In this document: positions 59,101-64,000 of the stretch, in pieces
Layout: the number at the start of each line of letters is the position of its first letter
Numbering within the stretch: the first letter of the stretch is position 1
Source of the DNA: a virus
Direction: 5' to 3' (one strand)
DNA: 64,000 nucleotides
Virus record (IMG/VR): IMGVR_UViG_3300007760_001418
Coordinates: 23,821-87,820 of that record
Translations under genes and position numbers: made by a program
Notes under the pieces: generated by a model
What the model was told of the DNA's origin: nothing
The model's input: the letters and a program-made list of their open reading frames with translations, nothing else
Databases searched by the model: none

Positions 59101-59831
59101 TTCCAAGTGGGTCAAATGTTATGGGAGCGCCCTGGGGTGGCATGGATCTAGAGGGGACGCCAGATGAGACGTACACATTCAACTCTGGTTCATTTTTCCA
59201 TATGTCAGGATCTGGGTTTGAGCCAGAATCTACACCTATAAAACCAGAGCGTTTTGACTTTGGTATGATCGACCCCAAGTTTGATGAGCACTCGGTTGAT
59301 AATAAGATTAGGGTAAGAAGTTTTCAACATTATAATAATATCGAAGAGCTCGGCGGAGAAGTCGGCCCCGTCTATGAAATCTTGCCAAGTGAAAAACCAC
59401 AGGATGACACTCGGTTTAGTATTGATATGTCATCCGTCCAAGCATTAAATGAAGATATTGTAAAGATATTCGCAACTCTCGAAGCGCTGGATAATGCCTT
59501 GGGTGCTCCTGAGCTTGTATTTGCTACAGAATACCCAGACCTTCAACGCCTACGTGAGGTTTATTTCAATAGATTAACAGATAGAATACAAACAAAGGCG
59601 TTTTTTGACTTCTTTAAGTGGTTTGATAATTCAATTGGTATGATAATAGAGGAAATAATCCCAAGAAAAACAAAATTTATGGGTTTGAACTTTGTTATAG
59701 AGTCGCACATGTTGGAACGGGCAAAATTAGGGTACAGTTATGAAGATGTTTATTTGGGCGAAAACAATCGTCATGGACTAAAAGGAACAATTCTTTTGCA
59801 ACAGTTTATTGCACAGCTGAGGAGAATGTAA
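56118..59831 (+). CDS. Large baseplate/tail protein with LamG/concanavalin A-like domains
   Basis: KLFVDG, LSGTIDEFRVW, LKLYFKFNE, DSSGN, KGTLHGVKALI..FREYGG and FSGRIAQIRFW. Confidence 0.75.
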   Translation: MANNNANAKSRLFKPSVVRKLLGDSAVIRNRTAAELSGSNILGENSFRYASPGEALKSTQQLPVDWSNFASHTFFNSAEAKTNTAFDAIINGYPFDGTKEEVEVFFDNLTGFEKYVYDEFPKYMGFLHFSGSAIGEDASNGYPPHDGTSIDVADHEGALFPTLSKKASGKSILDPGTSSISFEMQLLIPSQSIDCGPQILLQKLSEDGDGITVSVNPGASSAKTYDLSVLISSASAAVNTTTAIPKDKFNHVCAMFDRTFSSHKAKLFVDGVQAASSDTFNMKSIVFKPAHLLIGTGSRHETIDMIIDPVQTLSGTIDEFRVWHGPVNETQLKKNKDRALFTPEENNLKLYFKFNEPDGDYESNDVVLDSSGNSLHAKVSNFDPILRDVPRILVRPGDDIPLPVTLEYENTSPVLFPSHQGVIDLNSSLLAEALSYDVNNPNMITKLVPKHYLLEAQFHEGFEVEDGNIRDPYDYYGSDAVPGAGLMGQPQIMAGLLFTWARYFDEMKMFIDQASNLLHVDYDSSDVVADQFLPFLANHHGFELPNPFSNASIEQLLEGTNLNADMAISDGTLQQVQNGIWRLILTNLGEIVRSKGTLHGVKALIRSMGINPDAYFRFREYGGSRTRDLTDNHRVKTEVSTMLDFSSRLDGYSPFIISPFLSGSRIEVGYPEPAGTFVATPTPPNAGPYGYHGVSDEPSDGLFTSGSWTYEGLYKFENVSYDKIGDDIDLSNRMFVQSLARLQATGSEPSEPAFYDGTAVIANLVADYGPIGGKESTLTLFTRPGYDEDDEYLKVQLKDVPIYDGNVWHVSFGRVRNDEFDSVVSSSYFLSAGRQFRGDIIEWYSTSSLFEETMDPSHDMVWSQVDVQAGSGLTGLNTSGSFIAVGKQALSGLASDLALNSELKVPESHARTTDFSGRIAQIRFWSKALEEDERKEHLRNFGSMGVKDPLTNFNFVTTATGSFERIRLDVSTDQVETSTDDVGNITMFDFSQAEIPSGSNVMGAPWGGMDLEGTPDETYTFNSGSFFHMSGSGFEPESTPIKPERFDFGMIDPKFDEHSVDNKIRVRSFQHYNNIEELGGEVGPVYEILPSEKPQDDTRFSIDMSSVQALNEDIVKIFATLEALDNALGAPELVFATEYPDLQRLREVYFNRLTDRIQTKAFFDFFKWFDNSIGMIIEEIIPRKTKFMGLNFVIESHMLERAKLGYSYEDVYLGENNRHGLKGTILLQQFIAQLRRM

Positions 59832-59832
59832 C

Positions 59833-60885
59833 ATGGCATCTACAATGACGCCGCTGACTGGTTCTGATGACTCAACACTGTTTGATGCATTCCGCCAGGG
59901 TGTTAGTGTTACTACTCTTGAGCAACAAGCAACAGGGCTATTGCCTCGCATGTCTGCTGGGTCGAACTATAAGCGAATTGTAGGGACCCCAGAGACAGGA
60001 TTTCGTGACATAGAGTCTAACGCACTATTTAACGACTCAATGGTAACGCCGACTGCAAAAGCCTTGGCTGGTGTAGCAGTATCTTCCGTACCCATTACAG
60101 ATGCTGGTGAAAGAATCATCATGGTGCCGAATCATGAGGCAGAACGTAGGGATTTTGGACAGCCGAAGGTTTTTAAGGACGAAGAGCCGTTTGAGGATTT
60201 TCAAAAATTTAATCCAGTAATATATCTTCAAGATGATAATAGTACGTTAATGTACCCGCTAGTTTTAGCAAACGCATCCATGAAAGACCCGGACCAGTTT
60301 GACGGAGTCATTGAGCCATTCACTTTGAGATCGCGCGCGTCAAGGCTAAGCCCAGAGTTACCATTTTTTGCCCATGACATCAGAGCCAGCATAATGTCTG
60401 ATGCCAGTGAGTGTTCCAGACTAAAAGCAATACCAATAGTCCAATTTATTGATAATGAGCAATCTTCATTTGATTATTATGAAGACGGTATCGAGAACTT
60501 TGGTGCTCACCTGATGCTATTAGACGATGAAGATAAATTAGTCGAGAGAATTGGCCCAGTTTATCCTGGCTACCTTACCCAGGCAGAGTCAGTAATAAAT
60601 CCCTTTGTAGAGTCTTCAGATACAGAAGAATTTCGAGCCGGCCTACATATTAATGAACCCCTTTCACCTGGATTAGACCCATTAGATCCGGGCGGAATGA
60701 AGTTAGCGCTAGAGATGATGTCAAAATATGAGTATACTAGACTAGATGGCACGACAGGATTTGTCTCCAGCCACTCTAACGAAGATCTTTTATCACGCCA
60801 CCACAAATCGTCAGGTGCTGGGTTCACATTCAACAACAATGAGCTGGGCACTGATTCGCTGGCGTTCGGGGGGTTACTTAAGTAA
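59833..60885 (+). CDS. Hypothetical virion protein
   Basis: Acidic ORF translationally coupled within the structural operon. Confidence 0.65.
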   Translation: MASTMTPLTGSDDSTLFDAFRQGVSVTTLEQQATGLLPRMSAGSNYKRIVGTPETGFRDIESNALFNDSMVTPTAKALAGVAVSSVPITDAGERIIMVPNHEAERRDFGQPKVFKDEEPFEDFQKFNPVIYLQDDNSTLMYPLVLANASMKDPDQFDGVIEPFTLRSRASRLSPELPFFAHDIRASIMSDASECSRLKAIPIVQFIDNEQSSFDYYEDGIENFGAHLMLLDDEDKLVERIGPVYPGYLTQAESVINPFVESSDTEEFRAGLHINEPLSPGLDPLDPGGMKLALEMMSKYEYTRLDGTTGFVSSHSNEDLLSRHHKSSGAGFTFNNNELGTDSLAFGGLLK

Positions 60886-63800
60886 TGCCAGTCGTTAAAA
60901 AGACATCTAGGGTATTTATAGTTGGTGGCACCGCTGCACCTGGCAGCTTCGGATACGGTGACCCTTATAATACAAGCCAAGGCCTTAAAGGTTACTGGCG
61001 TCTTAATGAGAATATCCCTGTTGTCCCTGGGGTTTCGATAGCAAAAGATAGTTCTGGTAACAACAGACATGGCACCTATAACAACAGCCTTGTTACCCCT
61101 ACCTCTGGAACACCATCATTTATACCATGGTCCCCTCCATTTTTAAGTGAGACATCACATGCAGCGAAGTTTACCCAATATACTGCATATGAGGGTGATT
61201 ATGTTGAATTAGGCACTGCAGGAGCATTAGGGATAACCAACAGCAGCTATTCTATATCATGTTGGGCGAAGTTATCTGATAATACGGCTAGTAATCCAGA
61301 AGTCATCATTTCTATAATTGATGATGATTATACACCAAACCGATCTTGGGTATACGTCAATGATAATGAAATTCGTGTATTGGTGACGAACTTTACACCC
61401 TGGAGTAGTGTGGCTGTAAGAAGTGCAGCTGATACCTATAACGATGGCAAGTTTCATCATATAGTTGCTACATGTGAATATACCCCACCTGCCATCTTTG
61501 ATCCCGGCGTCGATGAGGGATCCCAGGTATGGAAATTGTACGTCGACGGTATACTAGTTGACACAAGCCCACCACTCTCAGACCTATGGTCGATTAAGTC
61601 AACTGATGTGATCACTGTAGGCCTTGATCTTGATGCTGGAGGAACTCCACTTACTGATTTCTATAATGATGCAATAACAGAGCTAGCAATATGGGACAGG
61701 GTATTAACCCAAGAAAATATATCAGATGTTTATGCAGGGGGCATTTCTTCTAAATACCGTCAACTAATGTCAGGCTTCCTAAACAACCCACCACGTACCA
61801 TTATCAGGGCCAGGGATGCGGCGACAGGTTCATATCCTAGTATCCAAAGGACTAATCCAGGTGGTCGCTCCGGGGCCCACACGATTAACTTTAATGACAC
61901 CAATACGGTTATATTTAGGGACTCATATGATACCGCTGAGATAGAATTCTTACCCGGCCGTATTAGAGATGAAGCAACGATAACATTAAATGCGACAGAT
62001 GGCTCAGGGCAGACTCAAACCGGGACGTTTGAGTTTCAAAGAGGTACGAAACTTACTTCAGGAAATATTGAAGTAAACATCGGAAGAAAGCGTGCCCCTG
62101 AAAAAGTAGCTGCAGTATTTACAAAGGCTGTTAATGACAGCAGCCTATGCATTTCTGCAAAATATAACAAGGGTAAAGTAACATTACGGCAACAGGTACC
62201 AGGTTCATTTAGTCATCCCATTACAATAGATCTTCGGCATCGGCCACCCAGGCAAACTGGTGCATTAATCACAGTTTCAAATTCTGATGCCCCCTCGACC
62301 GGCCCAAGAAGGTATATCAACGGGTCATTTTCAGGTGGTAGCGATTATGTTGCCAGGTATCCGAATCTTCTACATGGTCAATATGCCGGTCATAATGATG
62401 CTGGCAATGAGGGCCATGGCCCAGATGATCCATTAGCTCGTTGGACGATGCAGAATATTGCAACGCCGAACCTACCTTCTGATCTAGTCGCTCCTGCTGT
62501 AACGCAGAGGGGTGTTGCTGACGTAGGGATAACATTTACACCAGGTGAAGATCTTGGCTTCTTTAGAGATGACCGAGTCAATATAGATAACGATAACGAG
62601 TTCTATGACGAAGGATCATCACCATCTGAGATAGAGGGCTTTGGAAGCCCACTGCGTAGTAAGACACAGATTGTAATTGATATGCCTGTGGTTGCCCCTA
62701 CAACGATTGGCTATGATAAATCCATACTTCCAGGACCCACAGGTGACCCTGGGTATCTCTTTCATAACATGGCATATTACAATAGTGATACACGCGTATG
62801 GGAAAAAGTGGGCCCAGGCCTAAACGTAGGTGGGACAGGCCATGGTACTCCGAGGGAATATCATCAAGCATTTTTTGATGATGCATGTATAGGATTCAGC
62901 CGCGGCATTGAAATGCTTGAATCTGGATCGATAATGTCTTGTCGCCCCATCAATAACTTTGGTTTTCCCATGCATCCCAAGTTTGAGGCCAAAGACGGCC
63001 AAACGATAGCATTATCTGATTACATCACGCATCCATTCGTTTTAGAAAAGTTTACATTAGAGCTTGATATAGCTGCTGTAGAAGGAAGCGAGTGGAGAAA
63101 TCGCGCCTGTATGTATAGTAATAATGATACAGGCATTGGCAGAGAAAACGATCAGGGCAATTATAATAATAAGGCCATGATCCAAAGCTTCTTTTTAATG
63201 AACCAACGTCCTTATCATGGTGAGCTAAATTGGTCAACAACAGTTTATGATGCCGGTTCCAGCACTTGGGAGGATGGAGAAACGTTATACCTTCCCAGTG
63301 TTGCAAAATGGGTAGATTCGGATGACGATAGCTTTTTATGTGACCCAGAATTCAACTATGAACAGTCAATGTACCAGGCATTTTATTATTTTCCAGCAAT
63401 CGAAATACCAGATGGTAATGGAGGATTCCGCAGTCCAGTAGCTGGTGATACTGTTGGTTGTTACAATCTGCTTAATGATGGTACAAGGGTATACACATCA
63501 TATTTTCCTAACTCATCCCTAGGTAACGCTTGGGATTTCGGAAATATGATGAACAATCCTATTCCTGCGATGGGTTATGATTCTCAATTTCTTCCTGAAA
63601 CTAATAATTTTTTCTCGCCCGGTGATATTCCTCATTTTACTATTTATGATTCTCAACTAAACACCTGTTGGGACACAGATGTTTGTAGGGCGCCACCCGA
63701 TGGGAGCTATTCTTGTGATGGCCCAGCATTTAATAGTCCGGATCAGTCTTCACAACAATGTTTTTATCTATTTCCTGACGGTATAGAGATACCAGATATT

Positions 63801-64000
63801 CAAAATCCAGGACAATATAGATCACCAGTCCTTGGTGATGCTATCGCTAGCTATAAGCAACTCACCACAACAACCCGGGTGTACACCTCAGTATATGACA
63901 CATTTAACCTTGGAAATGACATGATCGTCACCATGGGTGATGATGGTGGTAATGGTCATGATGACTGGTTTACTCAAGGTGAAATTCCAAGATTTGCAAT
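60885..64000 (+). CDS. Large LamG-domain virion protein, truncated by the window edge
   Basis: Manual translation from ATG 60885 gives MPVVKKTSRV..LKGYWRLNE..AKDSSGNNRHGTY..FHHIVAT..KLYVDG..ELAIWDRVL. The frame was spot-checked as open near 63.1-63.5 kb. It is missing from the track, consistent with no stop before the edge. Confidence 0.8.
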   Translation, partial: MPVVKKTSRVFIVGGTAAPGSFGYGDPYNTSQGLKGYWRLNENIPVVPGVSIAKDSSGNNRHGTYNNSLVTPTSGTPSFIPWSPPFLSETSHAAKFTQYTAYEGDYVELGTAGALGITNSSYSISCWAKLSDNTASNPEVIISIIDDDYTPNRSWVYVNDNEIRVLVTNFTPWSSVAVRSAADTYNDGKFHHIVATCEYTPPAIFDPGVDEGSQVWKLYVDGILVDTSPPLSDLWSIKSTDVITVGLDLDAGGTPLTDFYNDAITELAIWDRVLTQENISDVYAGGISSKYRQLMSGFLNNPPRTIIRARDAATGSYPSIQRTNPGGRSGAHTINFNDTNTVIFRDSYDTAEIEFLPGRIRDEATITLNATDGSGQTQTGTFEFQRGTKLTSGNIEVNIGRKRAPEKVAAVFTKAVNDSSLCISAKYNKGKVTLRQQVPGSFSHPITIDLRHRPPRQTGALITVSNSDAPSTGPRRYINGSFSGGSDYVARYPNLLHGQYAGHNDAGNEGHGPDDPLARWTMQNIATPNLPSDLVAPAVTQRGVADVGITFTPGEDLGFFRDDRVNIDNDNEFYDEGSSPSEIEGFGSPLRSKTQIVIDMPVVAPTTIGYDKSILPGPTGDPGYLFHNMAYYNSDTRVWEKVGPGLNVGGTGHGTPREYHQAFFDDACIGFSRGIEMLESGSIMSCRPINNFGFPMHPKFEAKDGQTIALSDYITHPFVLEKFTLELDIAAVEGSEWRNRACMYSNNDTGIGRENDQGNYNNKAMIQSFFLMNQRPYHGELNWSTTVYDAGSSTWEDGETLYLPSVAKWVDSDDDSFLCDPEFNYEQSMYQAFYYFPAIEIPDGNGGFRSPVAGDTVGCYNLLNDGTRVYTSYFPNSSLGNAWDFGNMMNNPIPAMGYDSQFLPETNNFFSPGDIPHFTIYDSQLNTCWDTDVCRAPPDGSYSCDGPAFNSPDQSSQQCFYLFPDGIEIPDIQNPGQYRSPVLGDAIASYKQLTTTTRVYTSVYDTFNLGNDMIVTMGDDGGNGHDDWFTQGEIPRFA

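Noticed and set aside
1-64000. Bacterial chromosome with an LPS locus, or a eukaryotic giant virus
   Set aside because: SD sequences, sigma70 promoters, tmRNA and gp25/gp6 baseplate genes with no housekeeping operons or polysaccharide export genes fit a large tailed phage better. A contractile injection system locus is not fully excluded because capsid and terminase genes are outside the window.
1-64000. Stop-codon reassignment
   Set aside because: Very long ORFs are intact in code 11, and TAA, TAG and TGA all end genes at sensible boundaries.

Overview
This window looks like part of a large, probably jumbo, contractile-tailed (myovirus-like) phage genome rather than a cellular chromosome. 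Genes are densely packed, almost all on the + strand, and read in the standard genetic code. T4-like baseplate genes are present and core housekeeping operons are absent. From left to right it holds: (1) 0.4-5 kb, a eukaryote-type phosphomannomutase, tRNA-Asn, an MT-A70 methyltransferase, two cytidylyltransferases and a DinG helicase; (2) 4.8-17 kb, a stress and translation block with HAD, SpoT/Mesh1-like HD and NUDIX enzymes, a complete YeaH-SpoVR-PrkA set, a degenerate GroEL-like protein, an Hc1-like protein, a full tmRNA (tag ANDNVAYEYALAA), a tubulin/FtsZ-family GTPase, a stand-alone sigma region 4 and PIN-PhoH; (3) 17-32 kb, very large virion or fibre proteins with Cys-rich and adhesin-like modules; (4) 32-48 kb, a glycosylation island (about 8 glycosyltransferases, WecB, Fcl, Gmd, a UGD-like dehydrogenase) interrupted by a Cas4/AddB-like nuclease; (5) 48-64 kb, a gp55-like sigma factor followed by baseplate and LamG proteins. 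Three patterns read directly from the sequence stand out. A recurrent ATA(T/C)TTA putative late promoter sits inside hairpins that cover the ribosome-binding site. A trio of alarmone-clearing-type enzymes shares a short LRxxI terminal tag. [ST]-[GAS]-S tripeptides recur in baseplate proteins next to the glycosylation island. All product calls come from motif recognition only; no database search was run.
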